A stretch of DNA of 54,770 nucleotides from Clostridium sp. CAG:780 (GCA_000434195.1 HF994476.1:1-54770), one strand, 5' to 3'; numbered from the stretch's first letter, positions 28,142 to 39,247 are shown. The notes: a model not told the origin generated them from the sequence alone. Program-made: numbers and translations.

Positions 28142-29690
28142 ATTGTTAGAGAAAATTGAAGCTGATAAAGAGATATTATCTACAATGCCAAAAAATAATA
28201 AAAAAAATATAGCAAAATATATTCAAAAAGTACAAGAGCTAAAAAAAGAATATGAAACAGAAAAAGAAAAAACATATAAAGAAATAAGTAAAAATTATAA
28301 AAAAATTGTTGAAATTGCAGAAAATACAGAAATAGCAAAACTAAAATCTGAACTTGAAGAAATTTCAACTTTTCTTCAACTAATAGATGAAATACAGACT
28401 TCTTATGAAAAAATGGGATTGGACAAAAAAATATATAAGCTTAATCGATTCTACAAAGAAAATTTGGAAAGTGTTAATTCGGAAATATTATCATGCATAA
28501 ATAAATTTGCAGAAGCAGGAGTCACTCTTACTAAAGATGATTTTAATTACAGCATATATGCTCACGAATATATGGAAACTTTTTTCAAAGAAATAAATGA
28601 TATTAACTCAGATACATTAAAAGAAAAATTTGAAAATATGTATTGGAAATGCCCAGATTTAATAATACATATAGAGTTAAATCTAAGACATATCTATATG
28701 AACAACAAAAAGAATATAGATAAATATTATGAGAATCAAAAGCAAAATGTATTAAACAAATTAAATGCAGACACTGCAAAAGTTTACGAAAAATACAAAG
28801 CTACAAAGATTAAATTATACGATATAATAGAAACAGATAAATTTACTATAATCAATCATTTTTTAGATGGACAACTAGTAGAAAAAGATTATGAAGAAGA
28901 TAAAATTAAACAAGAATATAATAAAGTTTTAGCAAAGGGAATAACTCAAAGTACTTCTAAGAAAGCAATTAAAGAAATAAGTGAAAATGCCATAAAATTC
29001 ATAAACAGCTTGGAAGAATATAAAAACTTCTTGAAATATCAATTCATATATGACGATATAAAATCAAAATACAAACAAAGAGAAGACCATAAAAATAATT
29101 ATGCTACAACGAAGAAAGAAATTACATCTAAAGAAAAACAATTAAAATCATTGAATAAAAAAATAAACAGTAAAGGTATTTTCTCTAAAAAGGAAAAGCA
29201 AGAGAAACAAATAGCTCAATATAATGAAACAATAAATCAAATACAAGAATTGTATAAAAAATTGGATGAAGAAGAAATATACCAAAAAATTATTGCTAAT
29301 CTAAACGATGATTCAACCATTTTTGATGCACTTTATTTTGCAAGCAAGTTCACTAACTATTTAACTGAGTGCATTATAAACAACAATAAAACAATAACAC
29401 AACCAGAAATAGATGAACTTATAGACGGACTTAGAGAATTCCTAAGTAATCCATATATAATAATTATCAAAAATATAACTATTTTAGAAGATAAGAATAT
29501 ACCGATGATAATATCTGATAGATATAAACTGCTTAACTTCGAAATAGAAAAAGAAGATATAACTGACTCAAATATTGATACATTGATTTCTGGACTTCAA
29601 AAGATTAAGAACTATTATAATTTTCAAAAAGCAGGAATTGATTTAGAAAAAATGAAATTTATTTGTGAAGCACAGAAGGTTTTGGCATAA
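28134..29690 (+). CDS. Cytoplasmic coiled-coil protein of unknown function
   Basis: 518 aa, Lys/Glu-rich with heptad-like stretches and no signal peptide. It lies directly upstream of the giant surface protein gene. Confidence 0.6.
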   Translation: MSKLLEKIEADKEILSTMPKNNKKNIAKYIQKVQELKKEYETEKEKTYKEISKNYKKIVEIAENTEIAKLKSELEEISTFLQLIDEIQTSYEKMGLDKKIYKLNRFYKENLESVNSEILSCINKFAEAGVTLTKDDFNYSIYAHEYMETFFKEINDINSDTLKEKFENMYWKCPDLIIHIELNLRHIYMNNKKNIDKYYENQKQNVLNKLNADTAKVYEKYKATKIKLYDIIETDKFTIINHFLDGQLVEKDYEEDKIKQEYNKVLAKGITQSTSKKAIKEISENAIKFINSLEEYKNFLKYQFIYDDIKSKYKQREDHKNNYATTKKEITSKEKQLKSLNKKINSKGIFSKKEKQEKQIAQYNETINQIQELYKKLDEEEIYQKIIANLNDDSTIFDALYFASKFTNYLTECIINNNKTITQPEIDELIDGLREFLSNPYIIIIKNITILEDKNIPMIISDRYKLLNFEIEKEDITDSNIDTLISGLQKIKNYYNFQKAGIDLEKMKFICEAQKVLA

Positions 29691-29720
29691 TAGATAAAAT
29701 AAAACAAAAGGAACTAAACA

Positions 29721-32700
29721 ATGAAGAAAAAGAAAACATATTTGATAAATAAAAAGAGAATATTTATTTTAATATGCTTAACATTACTAGTAATATTTGA
29801 AGTTGTTGCTTTGCAGAGATCAAAAGCTGCAAAGGTAATTGAAATAACAGCAAATGTAGAAGACAATGAAAAAAACATACAAAATGTTGAAGTGATGTTA
29901 GAAGCTACAAATTCAGGAGCAAGTGGATATTACCTTGCTCTTCCTGAGTATGTAAACGGAAAAAGAATTGGACAATATTATATTGTTGAAAAGGATATAC
30001 ACAACAAAAAATCTGATAAAGAAGTGACGAAAAATGAAACATTGCAAGAAAGCGTCAATGAAGAGTTCTTAGTTACCAATGAGGAAGTTCTAACTAATAC
30101 AAATCAAGAAGAAATGACAGAAAATACAGAAATAGAGACTCCAAAAGAAGAAACAGAACAAAATATAGCTATTATGTATCCGGGAGAAAAGTTATTTTTG
30201 ACAGATGATGAGATTGCAGATAAAAAAATAACATTAAAAGTTGGATACAACACTCTTACAAAAAATGAAAAGGTTTTATATGAACAAAAAATCGAAGCAC
30301 AACTGGATGATGATAATGATGGACAACCAGATACAAAAATCATAATAGAAGGTTTTATGCCATTAGAGTCGACAATTTCTGCAACAAGAGTTGAGATAGA
30401 ACAAATACAAGACTCAATAGAAGAAATGCTTTCAAAAAAAGTCTCTTTTAAAAAGGCTTATGATATAAAAATTATAGCAGGGGAAACTGAATACGAACCA
30501 ACTGAATTTGATACAAATGTCAAGGTTACAATCTCGGGATTGGAAAAAATTGATGAGAATAACCAAAAATATAAAGTAGTTCATATTGAAGATACTGCAC
30601 AAGATACAGATAAAGCAGCAGTAACTGAAATAGATGGAGTTCAAACAATAGAGGACGAGATAAGTTTCCCGGCGGAAAGCTTCTCAACATATGCTTTATT
30701 GTTAGAAGATGGATTAGGAAATGTTGCAACATTTTCTTCTGATTTAAGTCAGGCAAGCGTTTGGGACGGAACATCTGCAACAGAGTTTAAGTTTGGCAGT
30801 GGAACACAGGAGAATCCATATTTAATAACAAATGGAGCTGAGTTAAGATACTTAGCAAATCAAGTAAATAGTGGAAATGCATATGATGGATCGTATTTTG
30901 AACTTATATCTGATATTAACATTAATGATAAAGAATGGACTCCAATAGGAAACTACACAAATCCATTTAAAGGAGCATTTAATGGTGCGGGACACACTAT
31001 TGCAAACTTAACAATACCAACATCTTCATCACTTCCAACATCAATTACTGCATATGGAATTTTTGGAAGCATTGGGGATAGTAATAGCAAAACGATAATT
31101 AAGAACTTGCAAATTGACAATGCAAAAATTGAAATTAATGCAAATGGAACAATGTCGAATTCTTCAACAGAAAAGGGTTATACAATAGGAATCGTAACAG
31201 GAACAATATTTAATAATGCTGAAATAAAAAATGTAATAGTAAACAATAGTAGCATAGTAGATAACTATACAATAACAATCAGTTCAAATTCTGATAAAGT
31301 AAATGTAGGAGGAATCGCTGGCTATGCAGTAAATTCTAGAAACTCAACTTCTGATCCAGGGACGGACAAGAGATACAAAATAGAAAACTGTTATTCAAAT
31401 ACAAATATTGAATTAGATATGACTCTTACCTCTAATGGATGGAGCACAAGTTACTATGTAGCCGCACAATATAATGTAGGAGGAATCATAGGATTAATAA
31501 GAGGACAAGCTGTTTGGCCAGAAAATTGCTTATATACAGGTGATTTGAATGCAACCAATGGATTCACTGGACCTATATTGGGAGCTCTACGAAACAACAC
31601 TACGCTTGGAACGCGAAATAATTACATTTCTCAATTTAACACTCTATGGCAAGGAAATGATGCAGGAAATCTTACAATGAACAGTTATTACACATCATAC
31701 AGTACAAACAATAGATCTTTTACAACTACTGTTGCATCAGGAACTTCTTCAAGCAGAATAACTACATCAACAAGATATTTTCGTATAGGATATGTACAGG
31801 GTGTAAACAAGGGATTATATACAAATAATGTACAAAACATGTTATCAAATTTTAATAATTATGTTACAAATGGTTCAACAAGCAAATTATTAACATGGCA
31901 TTATAATTCAAACACTAAATCTTATTATTTTGTTCCAGAACTAAGTGTTACAGTAGAAAAAGATAGTCCAAGGTACATATTGCATGTACATGACTCAGCT
32001 TCGACTGGAAATTATTCATATATTTGGTTTATAGATGGCACGTTAGATTCAAGTATTACAGGAAATATCGCAGTAATAAACTCAACTTGGACAGAGGGAC
32101 ATGATGTATCTGTATTAGTAAGCAATGGACAATCTTATACAATGATAAACTTTGAAGTCCCATTACTAGAGTTACATGTGTCATTTGAACACAACCAACA
32201 AACAGGAATTCTAACAGGAAATATAGATGGAACAGGATTAGTAGATCCTAATTTTAACCTAAATGACTATACATACAAATGGTATAAAATAGATATATCT
32301 GGTACAGAAGAAGAAATAGATTCAACAACCAATCAAATTTCTGATCTTGAGAATGGTTTGGAATACAAACTGATTGCTACAAATGCAAAATATTCATACA
32401 TGTCTGCTAAAGGTACATACATGTTCGGAGAAAGAACAGTAATATATTGCGATTATAGCAATGGCTCAGATTATAATGATGGATTTACTCCAGAAACAGC
32501 AGTAAGATCACTCTCAACTGCATATGGGAAATTTACTAGCCAAACAACAAGAAATGAAAACGTAATAGTGCTAATGGGAACATATACAGACACTAGTTAC
32601 TTAAATTCTGCCACCTCAACAACATATAGAAAAAACGTTACAATAACAGGTAAATATAACGGAACAGATTATACAGGAAAATTGAATTTTGAATCATATG

Positions 32701-35700
32701 ACAACTATAAGTACTTAAATGGAAATACCACATTTATGTATATGTCGTTCATAGGAAGTGAATCTAGTTATTGGGGAGGAAGTACGCCTGGACAAACATA
32801 CTTCTATTTACAAGGTTATAGCCTTACAATGGGCGAAGGCATAAAAATGGAAGAGTATGCTACATCAAATGTAAACCAAGGGTTAATAGAGGGAAATGCC
32901 CCAGCGTTCCACATGTTTGCCGGATGGATGCAATATGATGAAACAAGCCTTCCAAGAACAGGTGCTGAAATCGTAATAAAGAGTGGCACTTATGGAAGAA
33001 TACTTTTAGGTGGAAGTTCAGGAACTAGTAGTGCATCAAGTATAACAAAATACAATTCCCATAATTTTATGGGAACATCTCTAACGGATGATTTATACAA
33101 ATGCAAAGCAATTATTGATATAAAAAATAGTACGACAGATTCTACTTATGCTTATGACATAAATCTCCTTGGTGGTGGAAGTACTTGTGGTAATATCTAT
33201 GGAGATATAGAGATAAATATAAAAAATGGAAAAATAGGACGTCTATTAGGAGCAAGTATCGGAGACTCGAGTTATAGGCCAAACAACTGGCAATACCCAA
33301 TAAATACTTTTATTGGAACAGCGACAATAAATATGTATGGCGGTTCTGTAACAGAAATGTACGGTGGTTGTCTTGGAAGAAATATGAGCGCCATAGGTGG
33401 TAGCTCTTATAATCCTATAAAATGTGACTCATATTTCTATGGAATTGTTAATATAAATATATCTGGCGGAACAGTCAGCCAAACTATTTATGGCGCAGGA
33501 GCTGGAGGAGTTTCAGGATATAGCACAAATTCTACTGACGCATATAAGAGTTATGGACAAAACATTGATACTGTTATTAATATAAATATAACAGGAGGAT
33601 TAATAGATGCTGATATATATGGTGGTGGCTATGGATATACTAACTACTTAACTGCAGACTCTACACAAACTGATGGTGGCACACTGTATGGAAACAGTAA
33701 TATAAATATATCAGGTTCGCCAACAATAAATGGAAGTATTTATGGTGGAGGTAGAGGTTACGATTTAGCAAGTAATAAACCGGATTTAGCGCAAATGGAA
33801 GGAGAATCAACTCTAACAATATCAGGCTCACCAACAATAAATGGAAGTATTTATGGTGCGGGAATGGGACTTACAAATTACGAGAATATGGCTAAGTTCA
33901 CAGGAACGACCAACATAAATATCAACACAGATTTGTCAATTAATGCATATGGTGGCGGAAATATAGCAAAAACAATAGGAACTGCAAATATTAATATTAA
34001 TAGTGGAACACACACACAATCAATATTTGGAGGAGGAAATGTAGGAGTTCTAGAAGGAACTTCAAATGTTCAAATAAATGGTGGAATTTCTAGCCAAGTA
34101 TATGGTGGAGGAAACCAAGCAGAAGTTACAACACCAACTGTTACGATTAATGATGGAAATAATGAAAATGTGTATGGCGGTGGAAATCAGGCCGAAGTTA
34201 CAGATTCTACGGTTACAGTTAAAGGTGGAAAAAATCAAAATATATATGGTGGTGGTAACCAAGCAGGTGCACAATCTACTAAGATAGTTGTATCGAGTGG
34301 AGACTCAAATGCTATATATGGAGGCTCTAATGCGAGTGGAGTAGTAGTTTCTTCAAACATATTGATGCAAGGTGGAAATACATTAAACATTTATGGTGGA
34401 AACAACGAAGGTGGAACTACACAAACATCAAATATTACAGTAAGTGGAGGAACCTCAGGAAATGTTTTCGGAGGAGGGAACAAAGCAAATACAACAACTT
34501 CAAATGTTACTGTCAATAATGGAAAAATTACAAATGTATATGGTGGCGCAAACAAAGCTGATGTTACAACTACTAATGTCATCATCACAGGTGGAAATAT
34601 AGAAAAAGCATTTGGTGGATCAAATCAAAGTGGAACAGTTACTCAAAGCAATGTAAGTCTAGAGGGAAGTAGTGGACAATCTGCCCTGGGCGGAATAAAA
34701 ATGGAAGTCGACTACAAAGCTGTTGCTATGGAAGATTGGAGAAAACAGCAAAATCCAGGATACGAAACATATGTGACAGTTAATATAAAATACACTAATA
34801 ATACTAATACTACAATAAACAAATGGAGTTCATATATAAATGCTCCGGATTCAAAATTGCTTGATAATTATAGCTCTGATAGCAATATAGTAGAAGAAAA
34901 TGGAAAATACACTATAAATCAAGACAGTAGATGGTCCTCAGGGAATATACATTCTTTACCAGCAAATGGTACATATGAAATTAGGGATGTACATCTAGCT
35001 TCAAAAGTTGTTGCTAGCGAATTTTCACTAGTATATAATTTTGAAGGACAAGGAAATGATGGCAATCAATATCAAGATACAAATACAGGATTTACAATCT
35101 TTGGCGGAAACAATCAAGGTGGAGAAACGACAACTAGTAATGTGACTATAAAAGATGGTTATTGCTTTGCTGTATATGGAGGCAACAATGCAGGTGGTAC
35201 AAACCCTACAAGTAATGTTACAGTTGATGGTGGAGAAGCAAATGAAGTATATGGTGGAAACAACTTAGGCGGAACAAACTCTACAAGCAATGTCATAATA
35301 AATGGTGGAAAAGTAACAAATGTATATGGTGGAGGTAATAAAGCAGTAACTACTAAACCGAACGTTACAATACAGAATGACGCAAATATATTAGAGTCCG
35401 TATATGGTGGAGGAAACCAAGCAAGCATAAGAACAGACACAAATGTTGACATCTTAGGCGGAAATGTTGTAGGAAATGTATATGGTGGTGGAAATGAAGG
35501 AACAGTCATTGGAAACACTTATGTACATGTAAAAAATGCTAATGTACAATCAAGCGTATATGCAGGCGGAAATGGTATTACAGCTATTGTTTATCAAAAT
35601 GCTAATGCAACAGTAGAAGGAACTTCTACTAAAATTACGGGAAGTGTATTTGGTGGAGGAAATCAAGCTGCAACTGGAACAATAGATAATAACAATTCGC

Positions 35701-38609
35701 TAAGTAAAGTAAACATTGTAGGAGCAAGCATAGGCAAAAATGTATATGGTGGAGCAAATACATCAGTAGTATACGGAAATACTCTTACAAACATAGGCTA
35801 TGAAGCAGTAGGAGATACTACACTTGAACAGGGAGATATAATAATAGAAGGAACTGTTTTTGGTGGAGGAGAAGCTAACGCTTCTGGTTCAGAAATATAT
35901 GATTTCTCATTTATAAGTGTTACAGTTGGAATAGACATAAACATTAATGGAACAGGACATAATAAATGTCAAATAAAAGGAAGCATATTTGGTTCGGGAA
36001 ATGCTTCAAGTACAAGTGGTTATAGCTATATAAATATTAAGAACTATGGTTCAGTATATGCACCACAAAAAAATATATCAATTCAAAGAACAAATGTAGT
36101 GACATTAGATAATTCTACAATAGCACTTTCTGGTACTAAAGATAGAACAAATGAATATTCAGATGTAGACTTCACATTAAGTAGAATTGATGAACTAAAA
36201 ATAAAGAACAATTCTATATTATACTTAGATTGTGGAGCAAACTTATTAAAGAAGTTTACAAGTTGCGTAGATGAAAATGGGGAAGAGGTAAAAGCTTCTG
36301 CTACAATAGATGAAGAAACAGGAAACACGACAAGAAATGTAGATAACAGAATATATATGCTAGAAGGAAAGAACCTAAACATTGCTACAAACGAGCAAGT
36401 AACAGCTTATGGAGAAGTAAGCGGAATGACATTCTTTGGAATATATACAAATTCAATGAGCCCAAGCACAAGCACAGGTTTGTATAATAAAGAATATAAC
36501 AATGGTGACAAAATCACAAATGCAGGAACATTTTCATCTAACTCATATGTAAGAGGATTACACAAAACAGACCATGACATTACAATAGACGGATTTTATT
36601 CAAACTATGACGAAAAAGAAAATCAAGGATATATTAGAACTAGATATATAGAACCAAGTCCAAAAGATGACGTTTACTATATTTGGTTAATAGGTTTAGA
36701 TATGGATGTAACAACATTTGAAGTTGCACTAACAGCTTCGAAATATGCTACATTAGGAACATATGAGCTAGGATTAACAGGATTTTCGGAATCAAATATC
36801 AAGTTCTCACTAACAGGTTTTTCGGCAGGACTTACTGATGGTGTATCGTTAGTAGATCCGAGCACCATAGAAAGCGTTGCACTAAATCTAGATACTGCAA
36901 ATAATGTATTTGGATTAACTATGAGAACGGGTAATAATGGCTGGACAAGTAATAGCCAAACAACATTCTTAACTGCAAATGGCGGAACATACACCGGCTC
37001 TACTGCGTATGATAGCGATAACTCTACATCCACTCCAGCATTAAACTTATGTTTTTATCACTCTGAAAATATTACTATTGCAAGAAAACTTGGAAGTGTA
37101 AAAATAAGACTACAAGCACAAATTCCGGAAGATGACTTAAATGTAAGAATTGCATATATAGATATAATCATAACAATGTCGACAGCACTTTATCAAAACG
37201 ATTTCTATGAAGCAGCAATTACACCAGGAGAAGAATTTGGATTATTTACAACAACAGAAACAAATATAACAGATTCAAGTGTTTTCTCAACGTATTATTC
37301 ATTATACATTCCAGAATTTTCAACATCTGATTATTATGATAAATACAAAGAAGATAAACACGTAATAGTATCAAGACTTAGAACCGGCGAAAAATATGCA
37401 TTCCCAGAGAAAACAAAAATAACAATGATTGACATGGTAACAAATCAATATTATTATTATGTTGTTACACAAGCTGACGAAAATCAACAAAAATATGTAT
37501 ACAATCTATCAGACTTTGTTGTAATGGGAAGTGATAGTACATATTATGATGAGGTTGCTGCTTGCGACAAATACTATAATACTGATCAAGATTTAATCTA
37601 TGAGAATTTTATATTTCACATAGATTTTGGAGAAAATGATATTCCTTCAAATCTAGATCAAAATTCATTATTAATGGAATTGAGAGATAGTGAGGGACAG
37701 ACGCTTTTAGGAGTACTTGGAATTCAAAGAGATGCAATGGTGTACAGCGTTTACAAAAATAAAGATGCTAAAATAAATGTTACAGCAAGCGTAAACAAAG
37801 ACTTAGTTTACAGGGGAAAAGACTTTACATTAACTGTAGAAACTGACTTTACACAGGATATAGTACAGTCAAAAACAGTATATGATACAAGATTCTTTGA
37901 CAATAAAATGGGTATTAAAATATCAATATATGACAATAATGGTAATAGACTAAACAGTGATTCGCTACTTGGTGTGAATTTTACGCTAAATGGCACAAAA
38001 TATTATCCAAGAATAGATGGAACCGTAAGAATTTGTACTGCTGAAAAAGTTTCAAATGTTTTATCTAGAATTAAGGTTGATACAGCAAACAATACAGTTT
38101 TAGCGACAGGGGACTACACGATAAAGATAGAAAGTTTTGGATCACCAGACGGAATTTATTATGGTATCGAATCATCTGATACTGCTGAGGTAAAAATTAC
38201 CATTGTAGAATCAACATTTGGTTTGAAAGTAACAACAATAGACCAAGAAAAGATAATAAAAAAAGATACAGGAAGAAATGAAAATAATAATACAAATTTG
38301 GATGTTAATATAGAATACTCATCTGGATTAGATAATCCAAACCTAACAATGTCTTTATACAGAAGAGACTATTCGTCCGTATATTCACAAGTTTATGAGC
38401 TAGTGGATTTAGCCGACTATGTAAATACTGTACCATCACAAACAAAAAATGAAAATGAGTATGTAATAAATCAAGTTCCGTCAGGAGTGATGAAATACTC
38501 TTTGAGTATGAAAAACGCATTAACATCAGGAACGTATAAAATAGTTATCAAACTGTATGATGAAGATGAGTATATTGGCGAAGCTTTTGACTATATAATA
38601 ATAAAATAG
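29721..38609 (+). CDS. Giant (2962 aa) secreted or anchored beta-helix / GLUG-repeat surface protein, putative adhesin
   Basis: N-terminal K-rich region and hydrophobic helix (IFILICLTLLVIFEVVAL). A GLUG-like module follows (aa ~350-620), then about 40 degenerate YGG(G/S)N-x-A repeats (aa ~1150-2050) and C-terminal Ig-like-looking segments. No LPXTG motif. Confidence 0.85.
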   Translation: MKKKKTYLINKKRIFILICLTLLVIFEVVALQRSKAAKVIEITANVEDNEKNIQNVEVMLEATNSGASGYYLALPEYVNGKRIGQYYIVEKDIHNKKSDKEVTKNETLQESVNEEFLVTNEEVLTNTNQEEMTENTEIETPKEETEQNIAIMYPGEKLFLTDDEIADKKITLKVGYNTLTKNEKVLYEQKIEAQLDDDNDGQPDTKIIIEGFMPLESTISATRVEIEQIQDSIEEMLSKKVSFKKAYDIKIIAGETEYEPTEFDTNVKVTISGLEKIDENNQKYKVVHIEDTAQDTDKAAVTEIDGVQTIEDEISFPAESFSTYALLLEDGLGNVATFSSDLSQASVWDGTSATEFKFGSGTQENPYLITNGAELRYLANQVNSGNAYDGSYFELISDININDKEWTPIGNYTNPFKGAFNGAGHTIANLTIPTSSSLPTSITAYGIFGSIGDSNSKTIIKNLQIDNAKIEINANGTMSNSSTEKGYTIGIVTGTIFNNAEIKNVIVNNSSIVDNYTITISSNSDKVNVGGIAGYAVNSRNSTSDPGTDKRYKIENCYSNTNIELDMTLTSNGWSTSYYVAAQYNVGGIIGLIRGQAVWPENCLYTGDLNATNGFTGPILGALRNNTTLGTRNNYISQFNTLWQGNDAGNLTMNSYYTSYSTNNRSFTTTVASGTSSSRITTSTRYFRIGYVQGVNKGLYTNNVQNMLSNFNNYVTNGSTSKLLTWHYNSNTKSYYFVPELSVTVEKDSPRYILHVHDSASTGNYSYIWFIDGTLDSSITGNIAVINSTWTEGHDVSVLVSNGQSYTMINFEVPLLELHVSFEHNQQTGILTGNIDGTGLVDPNFNLNDYTYKWYKIDISGTEEEIDSTTNQISDLENGLEYKLIATNAKYSYMSAKGTYMFGERTVIYCDYSNGSDYNDGFTPETAVRSLSTAYGKFTSQTTRNENVIVLMGTYTDTSYLNSATSTTYRKNVTITGKYNGTDYTGKLNFESYDNYKYLNGNTTFMYMSFIGSESSYWGGSTPGQTYFYLQGYSLTMGEGIKMEEYATSNVNQGLIEGNAPAFHMFAGWMQYDETSLPRTGAEIVIKSGTYGRILLGGSSGTSSASSITKYNSHNFMGTSLTDDLYKCKAIIDIKNSTTDSTYAYDINLLGGGSTCGNIYGDIEINIKNGKIGRLLGASIGDSSYRPNNWQYPINTFIGTATINMYGGSVTEMYGGCLGRNMSAIGGSSYNPIKCDSYFYGIVNINISGGTVSQTIYGAGAGGVSGYSTNSTDAYKSYGQNIDTVININITGGLIDADIYGGGYGYTNYLTADSTQTDGGTLYGNSNINISGSPTINGSIYGGGRGYDLASNKPDLAQMEGESTLTISGSPTINGSIYGAGMGLTNYENMAKFTGTTNININTDLSINAYGGGNIAKTIGTANININSGTHTQSIFGGGNVGVLEGTSNVQINGGISSQVYGGGNQAEVTTPTVTINDGNNENVYGGGNQAEVTDSTVTVKGGKNQNIYGGGNQAGAQSTKIVVSSGDSNAIYGGSNASGVVVSSNILMQGGNTLNIYGGNNEGGTTQTSNITVSGGTSGNVFGGGNKANTTTSNVTVNNGKITNVYGGANKADVTTTNVIITGGNIEKAFGGSNQSGTVTQSNVSLEGSSGQSALGGIKMEVDYKAVAMEDWRKQQNPGYETYVTVNIKYTNNTNTTINKWSSYINAPDSKLLDNYSSDSNIVEENGKYTINQDSRWSSGNIHSLPANGTYEIRDVHLASKVVASEFSLVYNFEGQGNDGNQYQDTNTGFTIFGGNNQGGETTTSNVTIKDGYCFAVYGGNNAGGTNPTSNVTVDGGEANEVYGGNNLGGTNSTSNVIINGGKVTNVYGGGNKAVTTKPNVTIQNDANILESVYGGGNQASIRTDTNVDILGGNVVGNVYGGGNEGTVIGNTYVHVKNANVQSSVYAGGNGITAIVYQNANATVEGTSTKITGSVFGGGNQAATGTIDNNNSLSKVNIVGASIGKNVYGGANTSVVYGNTLTNIGYEAVGDTTLEQGDIIIEGTVFGGGEANASGSEIYDFSFISVTVGIDININGTGHNKCQIKGSIFGSGNASSTSGYSYINIKNYGSVYAPQKNISIQRTNVVTLDNSTIALSGTKDRTNEYSDVDFTLSRIDELKIKNNSILYLDCGANLLKKFTSCVDENGEEVKASATIDEETGNTTRNVDNRIYMLEGKNLNIATNEQVTAYGEVSGMTFFGIYTNSMSPSTSTGLYNKEYNNGDKITNAGTFSSNSYVRGLHKTDHDITIDGFYSNYDEKENQGYIRTRYIEPSPKDDVYYIWLIGLDMDVTTFEVALTASKYATLGTYELGLTGFSESNIKFSLTGFSAGLTDGVSLVDPSTIESVALNLDTANNVFGLTMRTGNNGWTSNSQTTFLTANGGTYTGSTAYDSDNSTSTPALNLCFYHSENITIARKLGSVKIRLQAQIPEDDLNVRIAYIDIIITMSTALYQNDFYEAAITPGEEFGLFTTTETNITDSSVFSTYYSLYIPEFSTSDYYDKYKEDKHVIVSRLRTGEKYAFPEKTKITMIDMVTNQYYYYVVTQADENQQKYVYNLSDFVVMGSDSTYYDEVAACDKYYNTDQDLIYENFIFHIDFGENDIPSNLDQNSLLMELRDSEGQTLLGVLGIQRDAMVYSVYKNKDAKINVTASVNKDLVYRGKDFTLTVETDFTQDIVQSKTVYDTRFFDNKMGIKISIYDNNGNRLNSDSLLGVNFTLNGTKYYPRIDGTVRICTAEKVSNVLSRIKVDTANNTVLATGDYTIKIESFGSPDGIYYGIESSDTAEVKITIVESTFGLKVTTIDQEKIIKKDTGRNENNNTNLDVNIEYSSGLDNPNLTMSLYRRDYSSVYSQVYELVDLADYVNTVPSQTKNENEYVINQVPSGVMKYSLSMKNALTSGTYKIVIKLYDEDEYIGEAFDYIIIK
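33170..35900 (+). repeat. Coding tandem repeats (about 19-24 aa units) of the predicted beta-helix
   Basis: Recurrent units such as VYGGGNQAEVTTPTVTINDG, VYGGGNQAEVTDSTVTVKGG, IYGGGNQAGAQSTKIVVSSG, VFGGGNKANTTTSNVTVNNG, VYGGANKADVTTTNVIITGG. A non-repeat insert interrupts them at about 34683-35091. Confidence 0.8.
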
Positions 38610-38627
38610 AGGAGAGGAGGAGTAGAG

Positions 38628-39224
38628 ATGAAATATGATATTGATGACATACAAAAAAGAAAAGAACTTCATGCAAGAATAAGAAAACTAGTTTACATCT
38701 TCTTGGTAATAATTTTATATAATATTGTATTACTATATATGTCTTATATAGATAAATTCGATACTCCTAGCTTCTACATTTATAAGGCTTATGTTATTAC
38801 AACAAATAGCATGGAGCCAGAATTAAAAAAAGACGATGTGGTTGTAATAAAAAAAGCAAAGGCAGACAACTTAAAACAAGGAGATATAATCACATTCAAG
38901 CAAAATGGAGAAACAATAACTCACAGAATCGTTCAAATAGACGATATAGAAGATGGCAAACTATATATAACCAAAGGGGATAATAATAATGTCCAAGATG
39001 AGCAAGGCCTAAGATTTGATCAAATTGAAGGAAAGTTAGTTATAAAGATTCCACAGTTAGGTAAGATGGTCGCATCATTTAAGAATGGTATAATTATTGT
39101 TTTGGTATTGTTAATCTCTGCGATAATTTACTTAAATAGAATTACAGCTAAAGAAAGAAGCAATATAAGAAGAGCAAAGAAAAAGCTAGAAGATAATAAA
39201 TATATAAACGAAAATAATAAGTAG
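38628..39224 (+). CDS. sipW: SipW-type (S26B, archaeal/ER-like) signal peptidase I, copy 1
   Basis: N- and C-terminal TM helices, catalytic Ser box TNSMEPEL, His box ITHRIV, and KGDNN. It lies 18 nt after the giant gene. Confidence 0.85.
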   Translation: MKYDIDDIQKRKELHARIRKLVYIFLVIILYNIVLLYMSYIDKFDTPSFYIYKAYVITTNSMEPELKKDDVVVIKKAKADNLKQGDIITFKQNGETITHRIVQIDDIEDGKLYITKGDNNNVQDEQGLRFDQIEGKLVIKIPQLGKMVASFKNGIIIVLVLLISAIIYLNRITAKERSNIRRAKKKLEDNKYINENNK

Positions 39225-39247
39225 TGTTTCGCTACTTATTATTTTTT
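39215..39247. terminator. Bidirectional terminator between convergent genes
   Basis: 9-bp stem aataagtag/ctacttatt with A-run and T-run on either side. It overlaps both stop codons. Confidence 0.6.

Noticed and set aside
33170-35900. Periodic nucleotide repeats that might suggest a CRISPR array or a satellite.
   Set aside because: The periodicity (about 57-72 nt) is degenerate and entirely in-frame within the giant ORF (YGGGN-type protein repeats). There are no conserved direct repeats with unique spacers, and no cas genes in the window.
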